From: Candidatus Woesebacteria bacterium UBA1430 | GTDB lineage: Bacteria > Patescibacteriota > Microgenomatia > UBA8517 | Direction of reading: 5' to 3' | Length of the DNA: 64,000 nucleotides | Assembly (NCBI GenBank): GCA_002329465.1 | Contig: DCTW01000007.1 | Span: 3-64,002 of the forward strand | Shown here: one piece after another, positions 19,778 through 28,184 of the stretch | Numbering within the stretch: position 1 is the first letter of the stretch | Layout: the number at the start of each line of letters is the position of its first letter | Translations under genes and position numbers: made by a program | Notes under the pieces: model-generated | The model's input: the letters and a program-made list of their open reading frames with translations, nothing else | Database searches by the model: none | What the model was told of the DNA's origin: nothing

Positions 19778-20224
19778 ATGAAATGCCCTTTTTGCAATGC
19801 AGACGAAACCCACGTCCTGGAATCAAGAGTAATAGAAGATGGGCGGGTAATAAGAAGAAGGCGGAAATGCATTAAGTGCAAAAAGCGCTTTACAACATAC
19901 GAAAGCATAAAAAAAAGCGTCCTTTGGGTGGTCAAAAAGGGCGGTAACAGAGAGCCTTTCGATAAAGAAAAAATTAAAAGAGGTATTTTAAGAGCAATTG
20001 AAAAAAGGCCTGTATCTCTCGACCTCGTAAACGATATCGTAGATCAGGTAGAAAGAGAAATGCTCAAAAAAGAAAAAGAAGAAGTCCCGTCCCGCTGGAT
20101 AGGGAACGAAGTTTTAAAAAGGTTGATAAAAATCGACAGAGTAGCCTGGCTTAGATTTGCAAGCGTATATTTGGAGTTTGAGGAACTCAAAGATTTTGAA
20201 AACGCAATAATCAAAAAAAAGTAA
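19778..20224 (+). CDS. nrdR: transcriptional repressor NrdR
   Basis: MKCPFCNADETHVLESR zinc ribbon plus an ATP-cone. ATG at 19778. Confidence 0.9.
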   Translation: MKCPFCNADETHVLESRVIEDGRVIRRRRKCIKCKKRFTTYESIKKSVLWVVKKGGNREPFDKEKIKRGILRAIEKRPVSLDLVNDIVDQVEREMLKKEKEEVPSRWIGNEVLKRLIKIDRVAWLRFASVYLEFEELKDFENAIIKKK

Positions 20225-20225
20225 T

Positions 20226-22676
20226 ATGGTAATAAAAAAGAAGCAGCTTAATTTAGATAGTCTAACATTTCCTTCATATGAGGAAATCAAAACTATAACA
20301 GAAAAAAGAATAGGCAAGATGCCGAAATTGCCAAAGGCTCTTCCAAAAGGAGATTGGTCCGAGCAGGCACTAAAAGTGCTGGAAGAAAGATATCTGCAAA
20401 GAAATATTGATAACGAAGTGAACGAAACCGCTGAAGAAATGATTTGGAGGGTTTCCTGGGAAATAGCATCCGCGGAAGCGCTCTGGGGTAAAAAAAGATC
20501 CGAAGTTAAAAACAAAGCAATAGAATTCTACAAGCTTCTTATAACCCGCGAGTTTCTTCCGAATTCGCCAACCCTTATGAACGCCGGTACCGGAAACATG
20601 CTTCAATTTTCGGCGTGTTTTGTTCTTCCTGTAGACGATTCAATGGAGGGAATTTTTGACGCACTCAAATTTCAAGCATTAATACACAAAAGCGGTGGCG
20701 GCACAGGTTTTGCTTTCAGCCGCTTAAGACCCAAAGGCTCCGTAGTTAAAAGCAGCAAGGGCACCGCTTCAGGTCCTGTTTCATTTATGAGGGTGTTTGA
20801 CGCGGCAACAAACGAAGTAAAGCAGGGGGGCAAAAGAAGGGGAGCAAATATGGGCATCTTAAGAGTCGATCACCCGGATATTTTAGAATTTATCCACTGT
20901 AAAGAAGAGGGTGGAATTACAAACTTTAATATATCAGTCGCAATTACCGATAAATTTATGAAAGCTTACGAAAAAGACGAAAACTACGACCTTTTAGATC
21001 CAAGAACACAAAAAAAGGTAGGATCCCTTTCGGCTCGTGAAGTATTTACCCAGATTGCCGAAGCAGCCTGGAGAACGGGTGATCCGGGATTAGTATTTAT
21101 AGATAGAATAAACAGCTCCAAAGCAAATCCCGTGCCCTCGCTTGGCCCCATTGAATCAACTAATCCGTGTGGTGAACAGCCTTTATACCCATTTGACTCC
21201 TGCAATCTTGGAAGCATTTTTTTAAGCTATTTTGTAAAAGAAGATAATAATGGAGCAAAATCAGTAGATTGGGATCGATTAAAAAAAGTAACAAGACAAG
21301 CTGTCAATTTTATGGATAACGTAATCGAGCTAAACCCCTATCCGCTCGAAGATATTAGAAGAATCTCCCTTGCAATAAGAAGAATAGGTCTTGGCGTAGG
21401 TGGGTGGGCTGATATGTTAATTGATTTGGGTATACCCTACGATTCTGAGCAAGCTCTCAAACTGGGAGGAAAAATTATGAAAACAATTGATGAAGAGGCA
21501 GTCGCGGCTTCCGAGAATTTGGCTAAAAATCGGGGTCCTTTCCCGCTCTGGCCGATTAGTATCTACAAAAATGATAAACCAAGAAGAAATTCAACAGTAA
21601 CAACAATTGCCCCAACAGGCACAATTTCTATCATCGCCGGCACATCAAGTGGTATAGAGCCCATTTTTGCAATTGCATTCCAGCATATCGTAAAAGATAA
21701 ACATTTAGAAAGAACGCTAAATTTTATAAATCCAAAATTCGAAGAAATAGCACGAAAACAAGGGTTTTGGTCCGAGGAAATAGAAAAAAAAGTGGCAGAA
21801 CACGGCACAATCAGAAGTATTGAAGAAATACCCGAGAAAATAAGAAACATATTTGGCACTGCCCACGAAATCCACCACGATTGGCATATAAAAATGCAGT
21901 CTGTCTTCCAAAAATATACGGAAAACGCGGTAAGTAAAACCATAAATCTAAGAAACGAAGTAACCTCCGAAGATGTAAGGCAATCTTATATCCTGGCTTG
22001 GGAAACAGGCTGCAGCGGAATCACTGTTTTTAGAGACGGCTGTAAAAACGCCCAAGTATTAAATCTCGGCGTCAAAGAAGAAAAAGAGGAAGAAAAAGGC
22101 AATGGAATTATAAAACCAATAGAAGAACGCCCGTTCAAAATTTCAGGTGCCACATATAAACTCAAAACTCCGGTAGGCACGGCCTTTATTACCATAAATG
22201 AGGACGACGAAGGCGAACCGATCGAAATATTTATAAACGTAGGCAAGGCTGGCAGCGATATTACGGCAGTCGCAGAAGCGCTCGGACGCACGGTTTCAAC
22301 AGCGCTTAGATTTAAAGGTGTGCTTAGCCCAAGACAAAGGGCGATAGAAATAGCAAGTCAGCTTTCTGGGATCGGAGGAAGAAGGTCTGTCGGCTTCGGT
22401 CCAAACAAAATTCGCTCTCTTCCAGATGCTGTTGCGGTTGCTCTTTCAAACCATCTTGGTTTTAAGATAAATGGAGCTTCTCACGAGCAGGTAACAGACT
22501 CCGAAAAGCTCTATTTGAACAACAAAGAAGGTCAAACAGATAATTTTACACAAACACACGCTGCCTTGGAAATTACAGCGGTTAAGGCGGATATTTGCCC
22601 TGTTTGTGGAGCAAACGCTTTGGTTTATGAAGAAGGATGTGAAAAATGTCACGTCTGCGGCTATTCGGAATGTTAA
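20226..22676 (+). CDS. nrdJ: adenosylcobalamin-dependent (class II) ribonucleotide reductase
   Basis: SNPCGEQPLYPFDSCNLGS active-site block, TIAPTGT, and the C-terminal CPVCG...CEKCHVCG zinc motif typical of NrdJ. Confidence 0.9.
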   Translation: MVIKKKQLNLDSLTFPSYEEIKTITEKRIGKMPKLPKALPKGDWSEQALKVLEERYLQRNIDNEVNETAEEMIWRVSWEIASAEALWGKKRSEVKNKAIEFYKLLITREFLPNSPTLMNAGTGNMLQFSACFVLPVDDSMEGIFDALKFQALIHKSGGGTGFAFSRLRPKGSVVKSSKGTASGPVSFMRVFDAATNEVKQGGKRRGANMGILRVDHPDILEFIHCKEEGGITNFNISVAITDKFMKAYEKDENYDLLDPRTQKKVGSLSAREVFTQIAEAAWRTGDPGLVFIDRINSSKANPVPSLGPIESTNPCGEQPLYPFDSCNLGSIFLSYFVKEDNNGAKSVDWDRLKKVTRQAVNFMDNVIELNPYPLEDIRRISLAIRRIGLGVGGWADMLIDLGIPYDSEQALKLGGKIMKTIDEEAVAASENLAKNRGPFPLWPISIYKNDKPRRNSTVTTIAPTGTISIIAGTSSGIEPIFAIAFQHIVKDKHLERTLNFINPKFEEIARKQGFWSEEIEKKVAEHGTIRSIEEIPEKIRNIFGTAHEIHHDWHIKMQSVFQKYTENAVSKTINLRNEVTSEDVRQSYILAWETGCSGITVFRDGCKNAQVLNLGVKEEKEEEKGNGIIKPIEERPFKISGATYKLKTPVGTAFITINEDDEGEPIEIFINVGKAGSDITAVAEALGRTVSTALRFKGVLSPRQRAIEIASQLSGIGGRRSVGFGPNKIRSLPDAVAVALSNHLGFKINGASHEQVTDSEKLYLNNKEGQTDNFTQTHAALEITAVKADICPVCGANALVYEEGCEKCHVCGYSEC

Positions 22677-22680
22677 TTAC

Positions 22681-23220
22681 ATGCCTATCTACACCAAAAA
22701 GGGGGACAAAGGAACAACATCACTTTTTAACCCCGCACTTTACAAAGAAAAAAGAATTCCAAAAAGTGCCCAAAGAATAAGGGTAATAGGCACAATAGAT
22801 GAACTAAATAGCTTTCTTGGTATAATTTCGTCCAAAATTAGAAATAAAGATACTAAAAAATTTATTATCAAAATTCAAAGAAATTTATTTACTATAAACG
22901 CCGCTCTTGCAGGTGCCAAATTGTCTTTCAAAACCGAAGAAACAAAGTTTTTGGAAAAAAAGATTGATGAAATCGAAAAATTGCTTCCGCCGCTCAAAAA
23001 TTTCATAATACCGGGCGGAGACACTCTGGCCACCGAAGTTATGTACGCTCGCACAATAGCAAGAAGGGCAGAAAGAGAGCTTGTTGCTTTGAGCAAAAAG
23101 GAAAAAGTCAAACCAAGCCTGCTCAAATATATAAACAGGCTTTCTGACGCGCTTTTTATGGTCTCAAGAAACATAAATTTTGCCAAAGGCAAAAAAGAGA
23201 CTCCTTGGAAGCCTCGCTAA
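22681..23220 (+). CDS. pduO: PduO-type ATP:cob(I)alamin adenosyltransferase
   Basis: MPIYTKKGDKGTTSL N-terminus and ~180 aa length. ATG at 22681, just after the nrdJ stop. Confidence 0.85.
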   Translation: MPIYTKKGDKGTTSLFNPALYKEKRIPKSAQRIRVIGTIDELNSFLGIISSKIRNKDTKKFIIKIQRNLFTINAALAGAKLSFKTEETKFLEKKIDEIEKLLPPLKNFIIPGGDTLATEVMYARTIARRAERELVALSKKEKVKPSLLKYINRLSDALFMVSRNINFAKGKKETPWKPR

Positions 23221-23239
23221 AGATGTTAAAATAAGCTAT

Positions 23240-23563
23240 ATGGTTGCACCCCCCGAACAGGAACCGGTTCTAAAAAATTTTGAAATACCCGACGAGCCTG
23301 AAATTGGCGAAAGCGCAAGAGAAGCGGGTGTTTCTGTGCGCCCGGTGTATCCTAAGGTGTCTCCGCCTCTTACGCCAAGCAGCGGCGCAACGACCCTTCA
23401 AAGAATACAAAGCGTTGAATTTGCTTATCCACAAAATGTATATGAAGACATGTCAAAAGGTTCAGCGTCTGATTCTAAAACCTGGTACGGTGCATTTAAT
23501 TTAAGAAGAATCAAAAAAGCACTGTTAAAAGGCTTAAGAGTAATTTTAAAAACAGAAAGATGA
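23240..23563 (+). CDS. hypothetical protein (107 aa), translationally coupled to downstream ATPase
   Basis: ATG at 23240. ATGA overlap with the 23560 start. No family recognised. Confidence 0.45.
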   Translation: MVAPPEQEPVLKNFEIPDEPEIGESAREAGVSVRPVYPKVSPPLTPSSGATTLQRIQSVEFAYPQNVYEDMSKGSASDSKTWYGAFNLRRIKKALLKGLRVILKTER

Positions 23564-25902
23564 ATACTTCCACGCTCACCCAAAGCATTACGGTTTTTTT
23601 CATTTTTTTGTTTTTGTTGACATTTTTTTTCATTTTATTTGGCTTTATTGCTTGGTCAATAGCTCTTTATTATCGGCGAAAAGAAAGAGAAAAAAAGTCT
23701 CTAGAAGCAGTTCTTCTTCAGGTTGCCGCCCCCAGAGGAAATGAAATAAAACCGGACGCAATGGAGCAGTTAATAGGGGCTCTCCATTCAACCAAAAAAA
23801 GCGGTTGGAAAACACGAATCTATGGCCAACCATGTATATCTTTTGAAATAGTAGCCAAACGGGAGGATATCAGGTTTTACGTTTGGACGTTTAAAAACCA
23901 AAAGGATCTTTTAGAAAAACAAATCCACGGCGCTTATCCCGATGCACAAATAACAGAGGTCCCCGAATACAACATCTTTTCAGAAAACGGAAAGGTAGCA
24001 TATAAAGCACTTCAATTAAAAAAAGATAATTTTTATCCGATAAAGACATTCAAAGAGCTGCCCACGGATCCGCTCGCATCAATTACTTCTTCTCTGGCAA
24101 AAATGGGAGAAAACGAAGCCGCATCAATTCAAATCCTTATTTCTCCCGTCGATTCATCCTGGCAATCCCAAGGCAAAAATTACATTTCACAAACAAAAAA
24201 ACAGGAATCCGATCCAGAAAAAGCAAAATATTCTGTGCCAGTCAAAACCCTCGAGGCTGTAGAGAATAAAATCTCAAAGCCGGGCTTTGAGGTTTCAATT
24301 AGGCTGGTAGTGGTTTCGGAAACCGAAGATTCCGCCAAGGCGCACCTGGGAAATATATCAAGCTCCTTTTCACAATTCGATGGAGACTTAAACGGCTTTG
24401 GTTCAAGAAAAATAAGAAACAAAGGGGCATTTATCGAAGATTTTATTTACAGATATCACCCTCTTTTCCATTTTGGCAAAAATAGAACATCAATCCTAAA
24501 CGCGGAAGAAATCGCCACAATTTTTCATTTTCCAAATAAACTTATAACAACGCCCCATATCCACTGGCTTAACGCAAAGCGCGCTCCGGCACCCGCAGAA
24601 ATACCCACACAAGGACTCTATCTTGGTTTAAGTAGCTATAGAGGCATAAAACGAGAAGTCTTCATTTCGGATCCGGATAGGTTAAGGCACATGTATATAA
24701 TTGGCCGCACAGGTACAGGTAAATCCGAGTTTCTCAAAAACATGATCAGGCAGGATATAAACGAAGGAAAGGGCTTGTGTTTTATGGATCCTCACGGAGA
24801 TGCAGTAGAAGATATTCTTAACTTTATCCCACCAGAACGCGCAGAAGACGTTATTTATTTTCGCCCGTCCGACTCAGAAAGGCCAATGGGACTAAATCTC
24901 CTGGAAGCTAAAACAGAAGACCAGCAGCATTTTGCCGCAACGGCTGTTATTAACATGATGTACAAGCTCTTTGATCCTTACAAAACCGGAATAGTAGGCC
25001 CGAGATTTGAGCACGGCGTAAGAAACGCAATGCTTACAGTCATGCAGGGAATGGATGGGGGAACATTTATAGAAGTAATGAGGGCAATGACAAACTCACG
25101 TTTTGTCCAGGAACTTTTGCCGAGAGTTAAGGATCCGATAGTCAAAAGTTATTGGCAAGACCAGATTGCTCAAACATCAGATTTTCATAAATCCGAAGTT
25201 CTTGACTATACTGTTTCTAAATTTGGCCGCTTCGTAACAAACAGAATGGTGCGTAACATAATCGGTCAATCAAAATCTTCCTTCTCATTTAGAGAGATAA
25301 TGGATAACGGCAAAATCCTGCTTATCAACCTTTCCAAGGGAGAGCTGGGTGAGGAAAACAGTAGCTTCCTGGGCCTTGTTATTGTGCCAAGAATACTTAT
25401 GGCCGCCATGAGCCGATCGGATATTCCTGAAGAAAATAGGCGTGATTTTTATCTTTATGTAGATGAGTTTCAGAATTTTGCAACACCCGATTTTGCTCAG
25501 ATTTTGTCCGAGGCAAGAAAATACAAGCTAAGCCTTACCGTTGCAAATCAATTCATAGGTCAAGTTGACGAGGAGGTAAAAAACGCTGTATTTGGAAACG
25601 TTGGTACCCTAATTTCCTTTAGAGTAGGGGTTAACGACGCAAACTACTTAACTCACGAATTTAGCCCCGTTTTTGGCGAAGATGATCTCTTAAACATTGA
25701 GCGCTATCATGCTTTTGTCAAAACAATTGTCAATAACGAGCCCGTACCTCCTTTTTCAATGGATACAACAATGAATTTGGAAGAAATAGCAAAAAAAAGA
25801 AACATCAAAATAGCAGAGGTTATCAAAGAAATGAGCAGGCTAAAATACGGCAAGGATGTAGGGTTGGTAGAATCCGAAATAAGTTCAAGAGCAAAGCTTT
25901 AA
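23560..25902 (+). CDS. membrane-anchored FtsK/HerA/TraD(VirD4)-superfamily P-loop NTPase
   Basis: N-terminal TM hairpin. Walker A IIGRTGTGKSEF, Walker B LYVDEFQNF, and a TraD/VirD4-like C-terminal layout. Confidence 0.7.
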   Translation: MNTSTLTQSITVFFIFLFLLTFFFILFGFIAWSIALYYRRKEREKKSLEAVLLQVAAPRGNEIKPDAMEQLIGALHSTKKSGWKTRIYGQPCISFEIVAKREDIRFYVWTFKNQKDLLEKQIHGAYPDAQITEVPEYNIFSENGKVAYKALQLKKDNFYPIKTFKELPTDPLASITSSLAKMGENEAASIQILISPVDSSWQSQGKNYISQTKKQESDPEKAKYSVPVKTLEAVENKISKPGFEVSIRLVVVSETEDSAKAHLGNISSSFSQFDGDLNGFGSRKIRNKGAFIEDFIYRYHPLFHFGKNRTSILNAEEIATIFHFPNKLITTPHIHWLNAKRAPAPAEIPTQGLYLGLSSYRGIKREVFISDPDRLRHMYIIGRTGTGKSEFLKNMIRQDINEGKGLCFMDPHGDAVEDILNFIPPERAEDVIYFRPSDSERPMGLNLLEAKTEDQQHFAATAVINMMYKLFDPYKTGIVGPRFEHGVRNAMLTVMQGMDGGTFIEVMRAMTNSRFVQELLPRVKDPIVKSYWQDQIAQTSDFHKSEVLDYTVSKFGRFVTNRMVRNIIGQSKSSFSFREIMDNGKILLINLSKGELGEENSSFLGLVIVPRILMAAMSRSDIPEENRRDFYLYVDEFQNFATPDFAQILSEARKYKLSLTVANQFIGQVDEEVKNAVFGNVGTLISFRVGVNDANYLTHEFSPVFGEDDLLNIERYHAFVKTIVNNEPVPPFSMDTTMNLEEIAKKRNIKIAEVIKEMSRLKYGKDVGLVESEISSRAKL

Positions 25903-25930
25903 AAATTTTGGTAAAATACCCTAAAGTTTA

Positions 25931-26003
25931 GGATGCGTAGCTCAGTGGTTAGAGCACCGATCTTATAAGTCGGGGGTCGATGGTTCAAATCCATCCGCAT
26001 CCA
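25931..26003 (+). tRNA. tRNA-Ile (anticodon TAT)
   Basis: Hand-folded cloverleaf: acceptor ggatgcg/cgcatcc, D gctc/gagc, anticodon stem ccgat/gtcgg, loop ctTATaa, T gatgg-ttcaaat-ccatc. No encoded CCA. Confidence 0.85.
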
Positions 26004-26006
26004 CCT

Positions 26007-26366
26007 ATGGGTCTCGAAATCCAAAGAACATACCAGCTTGATTATCTTGCCAAACAACACAGGGTAGTATGCGACGTGGGTAGGCTAATTATGGATTGCT
26101 TTGTTGTCGATACAAATCCCAAATCACTTCCTGATTTAACTGATATAATTCAAGGCCGGATAGAAGAACACAGTCTTCAGGTAGATTCAGAAGTGCTTGT
26201 GTATGGGCGAGGTGTGTCGAATATTGTTAAAAACATTGTCTGGGATTATCTTGCATCAGGCATTCTCGACGCCGATACAAGATGGTTCTTGCATCCGGGA
26301 GAAAACTTTGCCGATGCTTTAGAAAAGATGAATAATCCTGAAGAATATATAACAAGACTCTCTTAA
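26007..26366 (+). CDS. hypothetical protein (119 aa)
   Basis: ATG at 26007 is the first start not overlapping the tRNA. No family recognised. Confidence 0.4.
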   Translation: MGLEIQRTYQLDYLAKQHRVVCDVGRLIMDCFVVDTNPKSLPDLTDIIQGRIEEHSLQVDSEVLVYGRGVSNIVKNIVWDYLASGILDADTRWFLHPGENFADALEKMNNPEEYITRLS

Positions 26367-27226
26367 AGCTCCTCAAGCTGCTGTTTTTTGCCGGGTTCTT
26401 TAATTTCGGCAAGCTCCAAATACCGCTCTGTAGTAGAAAGTCTCTTATGTCCCACAGCGTGAGATATGGTTACCAGGTCGACATTTCTTTTAAGACTTTC
26501 AACTATAAAAGTAGTTCTAAGATCATTAACGGAATATTCCGGTATTTCGGCCTTTTGCATATACCTATCAATCGCAGCGCGTATATTTCGAACAGCCAAA
26601 GGCTTCCCGTTTTTGCTGACAAAAAGATATTCGGACTTAGTGTTCGGCCTTATTCTTATATATTCTTCAATTGCAGTCAGAGCGGCTCTATTAAGTTGCA
26701 CCGTCCTTTCGGGTTGTGTGGCATAGGATTCAATAACTACGCGATCCTTTTTGATGTTGTCAAACTTTAGATTCGCAACCTCGGAAATTCTCATGCCCGT
26801 CTGGAGAATAAGCTCAACAATAGCGGCAATTCTAGGATCCGTTCTAACAACGTCCCTTAGAGCCCTATACTCAAGTTGAGACAAAAATTTTGGCAAAGAA
26901 GTCTTAATTTTAGGGTGGTCAACATTTTGTGAAGGATCGCTCGAAATAATTTTTTTATCCTTAATCCATCTAAAAAAGGTTTTTATCGCATTAAGCTTTC
27001 TGGATACGGTTTTGGGAGTGTATTTTTGATTCAATAGAAAATCGCGAAACCCCTCAAGATCACTCTGCTTAATGTGGCTTGGGAGCGCCTTGTTGTGTTG
27101 TGCAAGAAAGTCAACAAGCTGCTCAAGATCAGATTTATAGGCTAAAATCGTAGAAGGTGAACGGCCTTTTTCCTTTAAATCATCTATGAATCTTGGCAGA
27201 AGAGATTTTAGCGATTCCTCATTCAT
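26363..27226 (-). CDS. tyrosine recombinase/integrase (XerC/XerD family)
   Basis: N-terminal SAM-like domain. Catalytic ...TGMRISE... and HAVGHKRLSTTERYL (H-x-x-H ... Y) blocks. Confidence 0.85.
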   Translation of the reverse strand: MNEESLKSLLPRFIDDLKEKGRSPSTILAYKSDLEQLVDFLAQHNKALPSHIKQSDLEGFRDFLLNQKYTPKTVSRKLNAIKTFFRWIKDKKIISSDPSQNVDHPKIKTSLPKFLSQLEYRALRDVVRTDPRIAAIVELILQTGMRISEVANLKFDNIKKDRVVIESYATQPERTVQLNRAALTAIEEYIRIRPNTKSEYLFVSKNGKPLAVRNIRAAIDRYMQKAEIPEYSVNDLRTTFIVESLKRNVDLVTISHAVGHKRLSTTERYLELAEIKEPGKKQQLEEL

Positions 27227-27336
27227 TTTAATTCTTATTTTATTTGTCTATCTATAATAACACAAATGTTATTTTCGTCAATATTATAAGATACATTTCG
27301 GGCCTCGGTTTGTGATTCGAACTTGATTAATCTAAG

Positions 27337-27723
27337 ATGTGTTATATGAATTATCTTTTTTCAAAACTCGGCTCGTTTCGCAAGGTTGTTTTTTTTCTTC
27401 TTGCTGTTTTTTTGGCACTATCCTTAGTCAGAAATATTCAAAAAATCCGTAACGCAAATGAAAAAATCGATAACGCAGAAAAAAAACTTGAAGATTTAAA
27501 CAAAGAAAGTCTGCTGTTGCAAAAAAAGCTTAAAGAAGTGGAAAGCACTAATTTTATAGTGAAAGAAGCCCGAGATAAGCTCGGATTGGCAAAAGAGGGA
27601 GAAATCGTTTTAATTCTTCCGGAAGATGAAGTTCTTAGAAAACTTTCACCTAAAGACATAAATGGGGAAGAGATTATGCTTACAGAAGAAAATTGGAAGG
27701 AGTGGTTTAAACTCTTTTTCTAG
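27337..27723 (+). CDS. septum-formation initiator (FtsB/DivIC-like) protein
   Basis: Single TM helix followed by a coiled coil (KIDNAEKKLEDLNKESLLLQKKLKEVES) and then IVKEARDKLGL. Confidence 0.6.
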   Translation: MCYMNYLFSKLGSFRKVVFFLLAVFLALSLVRNIQKIRNANEKIDNAEKKLEDLNKESLLLQKKLKEVESTNFIVKEARDKLGLAKEGEIVLILPEDEVLRKLSPKDINGEEIMLTEENWKEWFKLFF

Positions 27724-27737
27724 AACATGCTTCATAT

Positions 27738-27766
27738 TTGAATCATAAGGGTATAATTGTTATAGT
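27738..27766 (+). promoter_or_regulatory. promoter for tRNA(CAT)
   Basis: TTGAAT (27738-27743), a 17-nt spacer, then TGtTATAGT (27758-27766). The predicted TSS lies a few nt before the tRNA 5' end. Confidence 0.5.
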
Positions 27767-27775
27767 ATCAATACG

Positions 27776-27845
27776 TGCGGGGTAGTGTACGGTTGCACGG
27801 AAGGCTCATAATCTTCCAGACCGGGTTCAACTCCCGGCCCCGCAA
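27776..27845 (+). tRNA. tRNA with anticodon CAT (Met or lysidine-Ile; not initiator-like)
   Basis: Acceptor tgcgggg/ccccgca, D gtgt/gcac, anticodon stem gaagg/tcttc, loop ctCATaa, T ccggg-ttcaact-cccgg. 70 nt. Confidence 0.75.
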
Positions 27846-27849
27846 CCGA

Positions 27850-28053
27850 GCTATCAAACTCAATTCAGGAAAAAGTATTTCAACTAAATCTAGGCTACCG
27901 TTAAAACTTATCTACTATGAGGCTTACTTTCTCAAAAAAGACGCTTTTGCAAGAGAAAAATATTTAAAATCAAGTATGGGTAAAAGAGTTCTTAAAAAAC
28001 AACTCGCCAACTTTATAAAACAGGCAAAATCTGCTAAAATTCACTTTACCTAA
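27850..28053 (+). pseudogene. 5'-truncated GIY-YIG nuclease gene fragment
   Basis: The frame reads AIKLNSGKSISTKSRLPLKLIYYEAYFLKKDAFAREKYLKSSMGKRVLKK. This aligns with residues ~26-73 of the GIY-YIG ORF at 63207-63428. The GIY/YIG strands and a start codon are missing, and tRNA(CAT) occupies that position. Confidence 0.65.
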
Positions 28054-28108
28054 GGTGACTCGAATAAGCAAAGGTCAGATAGAGTCGCCGTGGGGTGGTT
28101 AAAGCCGA

Positions 28109-28181
28109 GCCAGGGTAGCTCAGTCGGCAGAGCACAGGATTCATAAACCTGCGGTCGTGGGTTCGATCCCCACCCCTGGTA
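28109..28181 (+). tRNA. tRNA with anticodon CAT (second copy, different sequence)
   Basis: Acceptor gccaggg/ccctggt (G1-U72), D gctc/gagc, anticodon loop ttCATaa, T gtggg-ttcgatc-cccac. Confidence 0.8.
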
Positions 28182-28184
28182 CCG

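Noticed and set aside
20226-22676. Intein or intron in the class II RNR
   Set aside because: The length (816 aa) and the contiguous conserved blocks leave no room for an intein-sized insertion.
25980-26006. N-terminal extension of ORF 25980-26366
   Set aside because: It overlaps the T-arm and acceptor stem of tRNA-Ile. The first non-overlapping ATG, at 26007, was used.
27290-27336. T-loop-like string gtgattcgaacttg as a tRNA remnant or att site for the recombinase
   Set aside because: There are no complementary stem arms around the ttcgaa, and it has no similarity to the tRNA-Ile 3' end.
27775-28053. 92-aa ORF taken as an intact protein
   Set aside because: Its first ~24 codons are simply the translation of tRNA(CAT), and it starts with GTG inside the promoter/tRNA junction. 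Only the 3' two-thirds is GIY-YIG-derived, so it is called a pseudogene fragment instead.
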